DNA of 64,000 nt from positions 57,288,001 to 57,352,000 of the forward strand of contig NC_043007.1 in assembly GCF_006345805.1 (NCBI RefSeq). Reading direction: 5' to 3'. The position numbers and the translations under genes are program-made. The notes under the pieces are model-generated. The model was not told the origin of the DNA, made no database searches, and saw only the letters and a list, made by a program, of their open reading frames with translations. The stretch is from Octopus sinensis (Eukaryota). This document shows positions 36,323-48,974 of this stretch, in pieces (positions within the stretch are counted from its first letter, which is position 1; every line of letters begins with the position of its first letter).

Positions 36323-36505
36323 TATATATATAATATATATATATATATAAACACTTCGTTTTGGGATTTGGTTTGAAAGAATCTTTATGTGAGTTCGTGT
36401 GTTGAAGCATATTTTGTTGTGTCTGGGGAGAGTCATTCCATCTTAGTGCCTTATTATTAAACACTCACCGGTAAAGATTTCACTCATTTTACTTGTTAAT
36501 TTTTC

Positions 36506-36542
36506 CTAAAATTTTCGTTGCGTCTTCCAACCTTTTCAGTAG
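36506..36542 (-). ncRNA. HHR-like motif with C3/A8 mismatch in a solo unit at about 36350-36570
   Basis: cta CTGAAAA g GTTG gaagacg CAAC GAAAA TT T tag. Confidence 0.5.
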
Positions 36543-36989
36543 TCATCATTGACTTTGTCCGTTATCCGGGATGAGTTCTTTTTGTTTCTTTGTGTGCATG
36601 TTTTTCGGGTCAGTATGTGTGCATACACATGTATGTATTTATATATGTATGTATGTATACCTGCATGCATGCATGCATGTAAGTGCCTCTATGTATGTAT
36701 GGATATGTTTCTCCATTTGTGTGCTTGTGTGAAGTAAAGTGTGTGTATATGTCCACGTGTTTCAGTCTTCATTTGTGTATGTGTGTATATGTGCTTTGTC
36801 TGTTCATATTACCTTTGTATGTATCCGTCTGTATGTCTGTCTGTTTACGTTCATATCCATTTATCTACATAGATGTGCATATGCATATACGTATACAGAC
36901 ACACATATACATACATCTACATAACAGCCCACACACTATTCTACCTGCATATAAATATAAACTGTGTGTATGGGTGTATGATTACATTT

Positions 36990-37960
36990 TATGTATATTT
37001 CCTATTTAGTACTGGGGATGTTTCATTTATGAGGAACTACTTGTGTATTTGTCTGAGTGTTGGGTCCTTTGGGTGCTTGGATAAAATGCGGATGTCAAGT
37101 TGACCCAGGTTGCCTCCATGTTGGGTCTTGGCATGTGGATTGAGTATGGAGAACTGTTTTTTGTCGTCATATTGTCTCAAATGTTCATTTAGTCTTTCTG
37201 CAATGCTCCTAGATGTCTGTCGGTATGTCATGTTCATATCTTTACAAGCACTGTCTATGCACCTTATGCTGTAGTTCTACAGTTTCTAGTTCTACAGTTA
37301 ATGCGAGAGTTAATCCTACATAGCATGCAATTATCATTGGTGCATATGGTATTCTCAAAGGGGTACGTCCTACATAGTTGTGATCTGATGGAATTCCCTG
37401 GCTTTTCAACGATCTTAATATTGAGTTTGGTCTCCTTCAGGACTTTCCTAAATCTACTGGCTAGTTCTCCATGGGCTGTGGCCTCTACAAACATCACTCC
37501 TTGATATTTGTCGGTTTTGTACCACGTGCTCACCCTGTTTTCTTTGTCACAAGCTCTTTGTATTCGATTCCAGTCTTTACTTCTATATGTAGGGCAAGTA
37601 CCACTGTTTTCATTACATATGCTATCTAACTTCTTTCTAGCACCCTGTATACTCGAACGCTATCTTTCTGATCATATCCAGAGAATTGCATGCGGTGCAT
37701 GAAGTTCTGTACATATTTCTTCGTTTCATAGGGTTTTCATAGTGAGGACACGTTGTTCATTATCCTAAGTCTGTTATCAGTATGTTAATTTTCATGTTGG
37801 GTGACAAGGCTGAATTCTTGTAAGCAACATATTTCGAAGCTATGGGTTTCATGTAACAGGAGTGGAGGAGCTGCACTCTGTTGTTCACAGTGTCTAACCA
37901 AAGTTCAGTATCAAGTACGGGGAGTCTATTGTTGGGGTGCTTAGTGAGGTAATGAAGGTT
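36990..37960 (-). mobile_element. PLE fragment, second lineage (RT thumb + Cys linker + GIY-YIG)
   Basis: LPVLDTELW...YMKPIASK...MQFSGY...VMFVEAT.HGELA..FR...IKIVEKPG...CMLC...NC...QTSRSIAERLNEH; same family as 56511-57350. Confidence 0.85.
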
Positions 37961-37999
37961 ACTATAAATTACCTCACTAGGGAAATATCCATAAATGTA

Positions 38000-38520
38000 A
38001 TTGCAAATTTACGCAGTTCGATAATGTCGACTTTTAACCGTCAATATCCAGGCCTTAACTTCTTAAAGCATTAGACATCACCATCGAAAGTTCGGATATA
38101 GATATTATTCAGTATTCAAGAAAATCCTGGGTTAAAAAGAGCGACGATTTTTCATTCGATGGGATACAATTATGTATGCCTATAGGAGCTTATATTTTGC
38201 ACAACCTGCATCTGGAATTCCTTTTTATAGATGCAGGATTATACAGGGATGACAGTCTTATAAACACCCGAAATATGAACGGCCATGAGTCAGATAAACT
38301 TAGGAAGAATCTCATTACTTTCTTCAAAAGAATGGACTTACGAATAACGACAAAGACTAACCTAAATAATGTAGATTTTTTTAGATATTAATTTAGATTT
38401 GCAATTAGATAAATTTAAGCCCTACCGTTAGCCTAATGTAAAGCTAAATTATATTAACAAAGAGTCAAAGCATCCACCCGTAATAGTTAAGAATCTAGTT
38501 GGTAATATAGGAAGGCGCAT
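38000..38520 (+). mobile_element. PLE RT fragment, third lineage (Hydra-clade-like)
   Basis: IGAYIL...GLYRDDSL....GHESDKLRKNLITFFK..DLRITTKTNLNNVDF...YINK.S.HPP; YRDD catalytic motif. Confidence 0.75.
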
Positions 38521-38539
38521 ATTGTATATTATGTTTGCG

Positions 38540-38625
<86 letters not shown>

Positions 38626-38692
38626 GTATACATACATATATATATATATGTATGTATATATATATATTATATATATATGTATATATATACAT

Positions 38693-38764
<72 letters not shown>

Positions 38765-38861
38765 ATATATATATGTAGGTCCCGGGTTGATTCGGGGTTA
38801 ACCACAGTAAATAAGGTACTCAATACATAGCAGAGTAAAATTAATTTATTATATAGAAGGA

Positions 38862-38910
38862 GCTTCTACAGGACTAGAACTGTTTCATTCAAGAGAAATC
38901 TTCAGGAAGC
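38862..38910 (-). ncRNA. Type I HHR, canonical core, in a solo unit at about 38776-38990
   Basis: gcttc CTGAAGA t TTC tctt GAA t GAA ACAG ttctagtc CTGT A gaagc: 5-bp stem I, 4-bp stem III, GUA site. Confidence 0.75.
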
Positions 38911-39559
38911 TAGTTAACAAGAATTGTATTGGCATTTATACATTTAGGCAGGTTTAAAGGGGTGTTGGTGGGGGACTTTTTGGGATATGTATGCATGTAG
39001 GTACCTATGCATATATTAGTAAATATATTCATTCGCCTGTATATACTTGAATGCAGGCATGTATGCATGTATGTATGTATGTATGTATGTGTGTATGTAT
39101 GTATGTATGTATGTATCTATCAGTTTTTGTACGTGTTAGTGTACATATGTTTATATGTGTTAGTGAGTGCATGTATAAGTGGATATATGTATGCGTTTGT
39201 ATGTGAATAACGTGTCTATATATATTTTTATGCTTTTAGATTTTCTGTAAGGGAATATTTTATTATAAACAGACTAACATTTTAATTAAACTTATTTTAA
39301 CATTAATTAATATACTCTAGGCATGTATTCTTTCCTTCTAAACTAAAATGTATTTTTGATTTAAAGTTTTCTTCGATTTTACACAATACAATATTTGATT
39401 TCTTTCATATCATGGTTTCTTACAAAAACAAACAAAAAAGAACCGTTAGTTGAAACGACCAATGAAATGAAACCAAATTCAAATGTGTTTCTGTCAATAT
39501 AAATTGTACAATATACTTATACATATAATCTTAATTCTTGTCCCGTTCTTAATCACAAA

Positions 39560-39595
39560 TGTCCGACGAACGGGAACGTGAAATACTGAATAGCA
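39560..39595 (+). ncRNA. HHR with U4C core and complete stem II
   Basis: tgt CCGACGA ACG ggaa CGT GAA ATAC t GAAT A gca. Confidence 0.6.
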
Positions 39596-39640
39596 GTTTT
39601 TTGTGATGCTTTTGCAGCTTTGATAATAAAGCATATACGA

Positions 39641-39770
39641 CCACTCACAAGGCTTTGGTCGGTCGGTGGCTATAGTAAGAGACACTTGCCCAAGATGCCA
39701 CGCAGTGGAACCAAACCCGGAACTATGTGGTTGGGAATCAAGCTCCTTACCACACAGCCACGCCTGCGTC
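39641..39770 (-). mobile_element. SINE family 2, left half
   Basis: Reverse-complement tRNA head and core. Confidence 0.85.
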
Positions 39771-39799
39771 TATACATACATACATATATAAATAATATT

Positions 39800-39895
39800 C
39801 CGCTGCGTGGTACCTTGGGCAAGTGTCTTCTACTATAGCTTCGGGCGACCAAAGACTTGTGCCTGGATTTGGTAGACGGATACTGAAAGAAGCCC

Positions 39896-39948
<53 letters not shown>

Positions 39949-40157
39949 TTATGTCTGTATTTCTCCCCCCCCCCATCACCACCATCGCTTGACAACCGAT
40001 GTTGATCTGCTTACGTTTCCGTAGCTTAGTGGTTCGGCAAGAGTGGCCGATAGAATAAGTACCAGGTTTACAAAGAATAAGTCCAAGGATTGATTTCCTC
40101 GACTAAAAGGCGCTGCTCCAGCATGCCCACAGTCAATTGATTGAAACAAGTAAAATA
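39800..40157 (+). mobile_element. SINE family 2, 5'-truncated
   Basis: Core, internal (TA)(TG)n, right half and tail. Confidence 0.85.
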
Positions 40158-40207
40158 ATACATATGAATATATATATATATATATGTATGTATGTATAAA
40201 CAATTGC

Positions 40208-40332
40208 AAATTTAATTTGCCAAAATATCTTCGTCGCTTTGAGACCGCGACAAAATTCCGTACAGCACGGAATTTTGTCAGTGACACAGGTCGCGGTCTC
40301 AAAGCGACGAAGATATTTGGCAAATTAAATTT
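40208..40332. repeat. 125-bp palindrome with a 13-nt deletion in one arm
   Basis: aaatttaatttgcc...gagaccgcgac / gtcgcggtctc...ggcaaattaaattt; inner hairpin gacaaaattccgt-acagc-acggaattttgtc. Confidence 0.9.
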
Positions 40333-40715
40333 AAATGTTGAAGTGAATCTAACGGTTTTTTGTGTGTTTCTGAAATGGCTTATAACTACCTTCCACGCTG
40401 CAATTGTTTTCGTTCCAGCACACGATCTCAGATCAGGTCACTTGCTATGCAAGTACATCTCCGTAATATATATATATATATATATAACTTATAAAATAAG
40501 GGCAAAAGAAAAATTCTAATGCCAAATATGCCGAAAAAAAGACAAAATTGTCAATAACCATTATAATTTATGCGTCTCGAAACATGCCGATAGAAATTTC
40601 TTAAAAATCGGTTATTACCGTATTGGTCCCAATTTCGGGGTTAATTCATAAGAATTTTCCCCTCCTCAGCGATAAATACGTAAGACATAAATGAAATACT
40701 TACTCGTACCCATGG

Positions 40716-40763
<48 letters not shown>

Positions 40764-40777
40764 ATATATATATATAT

Positions 40778-41840
40778 TATATAAGAATGAAGTTTTATAT
40801 ATCATGAACGTGAAATACAGGAAGGGACGAACACGGAACACAGACAAATCATTCGAAGCCTTCAATCTTCAGTCAGACACCGAATCATCATAGCAAATTT
40901 CGGCTGTTCAATTCTGATATTTGCTCCAAATCGGCCAGCCCCAAGAAAAAAAACTAAGCTGTAAGCATTAGATTTCTTGGTAGAAGACAGGAATGTGAAC
41001 GCACAAGACGGATGTGAATACAAGAGACGAAAACGAAATTGAAAACAGTAATGAAAAAACAAACATATAAACGGTGGTTGTCATACGACTTAGACCAAAT
41101 GAGACAAAACAACAACAACATAGCAGTGCGTAGAAATAATTACCGTTTCGGTAGCGGGGACATGTTGGTCGAGATACGAAGGCCAACAGAATGGTTGAAG
41201 AAGCAGCAGGTCACAGGAGAGAGAGAAAGAGAGACAGAGAGAGAGGGAATCAAAGAGGGTGGAAGGCAGGGGACAGAATCAGTGACCAAGAGAGGAGAAA
41301 GAAGGGATTAAGGAGGATGGGAGGAAGAGAGGGGAAGAATCGGAGGGCGCCAAAAAGTTTGGTGAAGAAGCAATGGCGGGTAGTAAAAGACAGTGTGTAT
41401 AGAAGTCGTGCAGGGTTTAAAATTGGACAAACAAACGGGGGGGGGGGTGCACGTAACGCCGCAATAATATAAGAATGAATGTTTTTATATATAATGAACG
41501 TGAAATACAGGAAGGGACGAACACGGAACACAGACAAATCATTCGAAGCCTTCAATCTTCAGTCACACCGAATCATCATAGCAAATTTCGGCTGTTCAAT
41601 TCTGATATTTGCTCCAACTCGGCCAGCCCCAAGAAAAAAAACTAAGCTGTAAGCATTAGATTTCTTGGTAGAAGACAGGAATGTGAACGCACAAGACGGA
41701 TGTGAATACAAGAGACGAAAACGAAATTGAAAACAGTAATGAAAAAACAAAACATATATAACGGTGGTTGTCATACGACTTTAGACCAAATGAGACAAAA
41801 CAACAACAACATAGCAGCTGGCGTAGAAATAATTACCGTT
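40778..41840. repeat. Two about 370-bp direct repeats (40778-41147, 41467-41840) around a 320-bp spacer
   Basis: Near-identical from tataagaatga to gaaataattaccgtt, small indels only; bounded by (TA)n. Confidence 0.92.
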
Positions 41841-42295
41841 ACATGTATAAATATACATACATATTTGAAATATATATACACATGTATATATATATATACA
41901 CAACTATATATAAATATGTTTGCATATATATATGTGAGTGTATGTTTGTATGTGATTTCATATGTAGAGCACCCATATGTATATGTGTCTACATATATAT
42001 ATATTCAATAATGAATTATTTTATAATTATATACATAATTATAACATGGGGTTAGCTTTATGCCTCACCACACACCATTAGAAATAGACGCTAAGGTCCT
42101 TTTTACTACCATAAAATCTCCGAGAATAACACACTTTATTGTAGGCAAGCAATTATAATTAAGTATATAATAATAAAATAATTTATAAAATTTACCTAAA
42201 GATTTTTATTTCCGCACTATATGTGGCTGCCAGCGTAATCACCTTAACAATGGCCAATCTTATGTAACTGGCTTTGATGAAGGACATACACACAT

Positions 42296-42326
<31 letters not shown>

Positions 42327-42430
42327 ATAGTTAATCCCACCCCTAAAATAAGAAAATCAAACACAAAAACAACGTGAGGACGTGGTACATATAAAGTATT
42401 AGCAGACGCCCAGGGAAGGAAAGGAAGATG

Positions 42431-42465
42431 GTTTGACGTTTAGAGCAAAGCTCTTCTTCAGAAAC
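42431..42465 (-). ncRNA. Minimal HHR with G12U lesion
   Basis: gttt CTGAAGA a GAGC ttt GCTC TAAAC GT C aaac. Confidence 0.65.
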
Positions 42466-42541
42466 AGAGGAACGTCCAATAGAAAAGGAAGACGGAGGGA
42501 TAAAATTCGCCAACGATTCACAAGTTGTTACATTTTGAAAT

Positions 42542-42581
<40 letters not shown>

Positions 42582-42694
42582 TTGTATATATTTATATATA
42601 TATATTTATATATACATTCAAAATGTGACAGCGTGTGTACCGTTGACGATTTTTTTCCTCCGTCTTCCCTTCTCTGGATATTTCCTTTTCCTGT

Positions 42695-42729
42695 GTTTCT
42701 GACGAAGAGCTCCGCTCGAAACGTAAAAC
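42695..42729 (+). ncRNA. Minimal type I HHR, intact canonical core
   Basis: gttt CTGACGA a GAGC tcc GCTC GAAAC GT A aaac; predicted cut after 42725. Confidence 0.85.
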
Positions 42730-42858
42730 CCGCCTTCTTCCCTTCCTTCCTGAGTGTCCAATAATACTATATTTGTTCCACATCCTCGCGTTGTTGTGTT
42801 TTCTCTTTGTGTTTTAATGTTTGGATTAACTTTATATATATATGCATATACATCCACA

Positions 42859-42982
42859 GGCGCAGGCATGTGGTAAGGAGCTTGCTTCCCAACTACATGG
42901 CTTCAGGTTCAGTCCCGCTGCGTGATACCTTCGGGGCCACCAAACTTGGATTTAGTGGACGGCACAGAAAGAAGGCCGTTGC
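42859..42982 (+). mobile_element. SINE family 2, left-half fragment (another on minus at about 43225-43318)
   Basis: ggcgcaggcatgtggtaagg...ggttcagtcccgctgcgtg. Confidence 0.75.
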
Positions 42983-43004
42983 ATATATATAAACGTAACG
43001 GTTA

Positions 43005-43079
<75 letters not shown>

Positions 43080-43097
43080 ATATATATAATATATGTA

Positions 43098-43210
<113 letters not shown>

Positions 43211-44471
43211 TATATATATATATGATGGCCCCGATTATTCCCCCAAATGGCACATAGATGATTGAACCCGGAACCACGTGGCTGGAAAGCAAACTTCTCA
43301 CCACACAATCACGCCTGTAAAGTGTATGTATTTAAAGAAAAATGCAAGATATATATAAGAAAGGTTCGATCGTAAACGCTTTAAAAAAATGGAGAAGAAA
43401 ATTAAAAAAAAGAAAATATTGGATACTACGCAAAGATTTAAAATCATTTTTATTATTTGCTTTCTCTATCTTGGAAAACTATTTTTGTTTAAAACTATGA
43501 AACGTTTATCTTCAGCAAATACATTGATTTTACATGCCTTTTTTAGTTAATTGTTTACTTCGTAAATAGCTTTAAAAAAAACTGGAACACGTCAAAAACA
43601 TTCTTACGGAAAACTATCAGGAAAACTATTATAAAGAAAATGTAAATATTCCATTTGTTGTGGTCGCTGTTGTGAAACATTGACTTCCTTATAATTACCA
43701 AAACTGATTGGTTTCTACGTTGAATTGCTACACTTAGTTAAATGGATTCTACTTGAATACACAATGGACATTAAATGAGTGATCAGGTGTGCCCACTCCA
43801 TGGACTGTACCAGACATTATCAACAAACCTCTTGAAAATTAATTTCTGTTTTTATTACCAGCTCATCGTAAATCTTTAGCAGCATAGATATCCCACAGAT
43901 TCTCTGTTAAGAGCTTTCTCAAACTTCTCACCGACTGCACAAATATACGCTAATTAAGTGGTCCAGAGCCATTAAGTAATTAACCATTAATTTTCATGTT
44001 ATATATCATAGAGGAAGTCATATAAAACAACTGGCTCGTATAATATGTCACTTTATTTCTTTCTCAGTTTTATTAAAACAGCATCGTTTGTAAGGTAGCT
44101 ATGTCTCTTTTTCTCTGATACACATCCATATATTGCTGATAAATTCACCAGTACTGTTTGGGCGCGCGCAGGATATGTGGTTTAAAAGATGGTTGTTTCT
44201 CAAACACGTAATTCAAGGTTGAATCTCACCACGGGATGCCATGGAAAATTGTACTTCGGTTTGACCAATTTCTTGTGAGTGAAATTTGGTATATGGAAAT
44301 GGAGCAGAAGACACTTGCATAAATACACAGACTTGCACACACACGCATACACGCACACACACACACATGGAGATATATGTAGTATAGACAGATAGATAGA
44401 TACAGATATATATATAGATGTAGATATAGATAGAGATATAAATACACATACATTTATATTATATATGTATG

Positions 44472-44550
<79 letters not shown>

Positions 44551-47167
44551 ACTTGTTATTAACTATGGAAGATGAATGTGAAAAGGAAGAACGAACCTCC
44601 CTTAAACGCTGGGAAAACAACAAAGATTTCTTCCTCAACTATGAAACACAATTCATATTAAACCATAAATCCAAAAACCCATTCATAAAAGTACCCACAA
44701 CAGAGACTTCCACTGTACCCCATAAACACCATTCCAAACCGCACCTCAAATACACATACTCTCCAAACCCCCTCCTAACAGGACACAACCTCCCCCAACC
44801 ATATAAAAAACCTTTTTCCCCCCCCCCCGAAACATCTCAAATAAGACCCACCGCAAAACCTGGTTTTCCAATCACTCTAACACCCCTCCCCCACCGATTA
44901 GAACCTTCAAGAACCTCCCATACACTAGGAATTATCCCCCCCTCAATGCTCCCCTCCCTCACACTAATAACAAACAAGGCATCCTACCCACACCGATACA
45001 TATAATACCCACCCAACGAACCCCCTATAGTCCACCCATCCAACAACCACATTCCTACCACATTTCCTACAGATCTCCAAACCCTCACATCCCACACGAA
45101 CCCAATCACCACAGCTAAATACCTCCCTACATCCCCCCATACAATCTACCAGACACACACCCACAAAAACCCATCGCATTTCTCACAAAACCTTACACCA
45201 TCGCATCCCAACCAACATAAAACCACAACTACCTACCCCTCCAACCTCCCACCCAAAAACACTCCTACACATACAACCAGAACTTTAACAAAGAATACAC
45301 CCCTTACCTCAACAACCATTTTTTAGACAGAGGGGAAAAATACAAACACCACCGCTAACACAGACCCAAAATAAGAAAACAAAAATTATAAACCTCTCCA
45401 GCAAAACACTGACACCAACCCAAATCAACATCCTAGCAAGAGGTTTGAAATTCACACCACCCCAAGAACACCCAACCCCCCGGAGGTCAAGGATGACGTT
45501 TCTGAATTCTGCAGAAAACTTCACCTAACAGAAGCTTGACAGATATCAACAATGGGGACGATTCATTGATCAGAAATAAAAGCAACTTCCTACCACCAAA
45601 AGGGAGAAATAAAACACTGGACGATTTCTGCAAACACATCCAGAGTTCCCCTTTACCCCGCAAAACCAAGGTAAAATCCAATTTCAGTAAGGAAGAATGG
45701 AAAAACCTACGTGACATACAACTGGATAAAAACCTCACAATCAAAGAAGCGGACAAAGGGAGTGCTGTGGTCCTTATGGACACGGAATTTTATAACACCT
45801 AGTGTTTTCCATGCTTAACAATAACATTTTCTATGAGGTATTAACAACTACAAACAGCAAAAAACAATCAGAAACCTCACCACACACATACGCCAACACG
45901 GTCAGGGACTCGCAGAAAAAGAAAGGGATTATATCACCATTTTCAAATGCAAGCCCAGCCTTTTTTATGGCCTTCCTAAAATCCATAAAAACAAATACAT
46001 CACCGAAGCCTGCAAACTCTCCACTGACATCCACATCAACATCAAAGCACCGGAGGACCTAAAACTAAGGCCCATCGTGGCTGGTACCTCCTGTGAAACA
46101 CACCGCCTGAGTAACTTCCTAGACATCCTTTTGAAACCTTTCCTTACCCACATCAAGAGTTTCATTAGGGATGTTCTGGACATGCTCAAACACCTCCCGA
46201 AAACAGTTAACGAGGAGGCACTCCTGGTATCCTTTGATGTCATCAACCTCTACACCAACATCCCACATGAGTATGGTATAGAGGCAATTGACTTCTGGCT
46301 AGAAAAACACCCAGAGACATTCCCTGACCGCATTAACAAGTCTTTTATTAAAGAATCTCTCAAGTTCATTCTAACAAACAATTTTTTTCTCTTCGACGAC
46401 ACACACTACCGTCAAAAATGTGGTATTGCGATGGGTACCAAGGCTGCACCAGTCCTTGCGAACCTCATAATGGGTTACTTCGAACTGTCACTCTATGAAA
46501 TATCAAGCCAGAAATTTGGACATGTTTTCCACACCTACCTAATGGAAAACTGGAAAAGGTATTTAGATGATTGTTTCATCATATGGAAAGAACCCTATGA
46601 AAAACTCCTGGAATTCAAAACCATACTAAACAACATACATCCAACATCCAATTCACTATGGAATTAAGCAAACATCATCTCCCATTCCTTGATCTCTAAT
46701 ATATAAAAACACCTAAGAACCAAATCATAACAGACATCTACCACAAACCTACAGACTCACAACAATCCTCCTCTTTAGTTCATGCCACCCAAAACACACC
46801 AAGACAAATATCCCTTTCAATTTAGCTAAAAGGGTATGCACATTGTTTCGGATCCAAAAACACGAGAAATACGCCTTCAAGACCTCAAAAAAACACTATT
46901 ACAACGTCAATATCCCTCCACCCTTATAGAGTATGGAATAAAACGCGCCAAAAAACTAGACAACACTACACTGAAAACCACCCAATTAACACCAACACAA
47001 CCTCAAAATACTTCCATACATTTCCACCCACAACCCCAAAAATATCGAAGCATACCCACAATCATACAAAACCTCAGTCTACTGTCAACAGACCCAAAAA
47101 TGAAAAACATCATAAATACACACAAAATCCCAAATGTAAAAGGCAACACAAATCTTTAAAAAAACTC

Positions 47168-47623
47168 TTGACAAATGCCAAACTCACACACCACATCCAC
47201 CCCCAACAGTTAAAAAAATGTGCACGCTCAAACTGTGGTACCTGCCCCTTTCTACTTGAAGGCTCTGAATTTACCTTCAAACAAGGTACGAAGTTTAAAA
47301 TCAAGACTAACTTCTCCTGTTCCTCCGAGAACCTTATCTACGTTCTCACATGCGCTGGTTGCCAACATAATTATGTTGGACAAACGAGTCTCCCGTTACG
47401 TAAACGAGTAACGGTGCATAAAGAACAAATAAATCTCCCGGAATACCGACAAATTCCACTGAGTGACCACTTAGACTCATGTGCTAAAGACTTAAACCCC
47501 AAATTCTATATATTCCCCTTCTACCAATGTAAAGACGGGATCACCACACAGGAGAGAATTAACAAGGAGAATCGCTTTATTGAAAAATTCCAAACACAAC
47601 TTAATATGCAAACTCCTCGTTGA
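47168..47623 (+). CDS. Cys linker + GIY-YIG endonuclease of PLE copy B (open 151-aa fragment)
   Basis: ORF-track frame with CxxxxCxxC, IY..YVG, R...H and the second H/C ligands. Confidence 0.8.
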   Translation: MTNAKLTHHIHPQQLKKCARSNCGTCPFLLEGSEFTFKQGTKFKIKTNFSCSSENLIYVLTCAGCQHNYVGQTSLPLRKRVTVHKEQINLPEYRQIPLSDHLDSCAKDLNPKFYIFPFYQCKDGITTQERINKENRFIEKFQTQLNMQTPR

Positions 47624-48255
47624 TCAAACTTCCTTTTTCTACCTCACTATTCATGGATGGACTAACACAAATATATAAAGATACCATGCATTCATCACTT
47701 CAAGCTAAAACTTATATTCTTTAAATATCATTTTTACTATTGTTGTTATTACTATCATTTTTATTATAAATGATATGACAATTTGAAATGCAATTGTCTA
47801 TGCAGATTTATATAATTAGAAAATAATATAAATAAAGTGTTAAAATCTGAAAGTTAAGTTAACAAGCAATTATATAAAAAAGATAACGCAAATGAAGCTA
47901 AAATGATAATTTTATAATTTGGGTTTTACCATATTATTGAAGAACTCAAAAGAGTTGTCTCCCCTTACTCACAACACAGGAACTGAAGAACCACAATTAC
48001 TACTACTTCCTGTCCTGCCAACATGCTGAATTAAACCACACAACACATGCTCTTAATCCCTTTGGATCTTAATACCTCAAGGTAATTTTTTCGTGAACAA
48101 TCATAAAACTCAAGATACACAACGAACTCACAATGTATCGGAGTACTTATTTTTTAATTTTTGTACATTTTTATCATTATTCTTTTGCAAAAAACAATGC
48201 AATTTTCTTTTTTTCTCCCTTTCTAATTTCTAAAAAAACTTTTTAAAACATAAAT

Positions 48256-48294
48256 ATTCTTGACAAGTCATACAATGACGAAAACCGGTTGAAT
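48256..48294 (+). ncRNA. HHR with U3:A8 core in the 3' pLTR of copy B
   Basis: attc TTGACAA GTCA tacaa TGAC GAA(A)AC cg GT T gaat; one extra A in the run may be an indel. Confidence 0.7.
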
Positions 48295-48522
48295 AAATAT
48301 ATATTTATATATTTTATCAATTTCTCATTTTATTAAAATTTTCTTTCATTTGAGCATTCTGCATTTAAAAAAAAATTTTTCCTTACTTATCATTTCTCCA
48401 CGTGCGGTCAACACAACCTCACCATTTATTGATCTATATATATTTATATATGAATATATATGAATATATATGTATATATATATATATATATACACATATA
48501 TGTATGTAAATAAATATGTATA

Positions 48523-48573
<51 letters not shown>

Positions 48574-48974
48574 ATATATATATATATTATACATACACAT
48601 ACATATGCATGTGTGTGCGTACGTATGTCTGTTTGTGAGTATGTATATCAGAAGAAAAAAAAAATTCTAAGGTGACTATGCCCGTGGTTGTCTGTAGTCG
48701 ACAAGACTTGTATTTTTGGGAAGTGACGTAAGGACTACGGTAAAATGGCACTGGGGAGTGGAGTACCCAAGATTTCGAATGGAGTTTTTCTTCGGGGTAT
48801 AATGACAGGAATGAAATATTAGAAAGACATCCTTCTCCCCTCACGCCAATTTCACTGACTCTTTCTGTCAGTTTTTCAAAATATACTTATACATCTACAC
48901 ACACATAAATATATTTTTTCTTTACCGCAGCAGACTGACAATCGCACACACACGCGCGCGTAGTTTATGTTTTA

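Larger units (their letters stand above)
42343..42815. repeat. Diverged inverted pair of about 200-bp HHR units around (CA)(TA)n
   Basis: The reverse complement of 42343-42540 aligns with 42617-42815 at roughly 75-80% by eye. Confidence 0.85.
44548..48432 (+). mobile_element. 5'-truncated Neptune-like PLE (copy B) with 3' pLTR
   Basis: Homologous to copy A from W.D.CEKE.R.SL.RWE onward; KEADKGSAVV, LRPIVAG, SFDVINLYTNIP, GIAMGTKAAP, KRYLDDCF, CARSNCGTC, IYVLTC..C...YVGQT; frameshifts and stops; (TA)n on both sides. Confidence 0.95.

Noticed and set aside
43855-43935. Splice-signal-flanked segment, either strand
   Set aside because: Stops in the frames checked; no supporting context.
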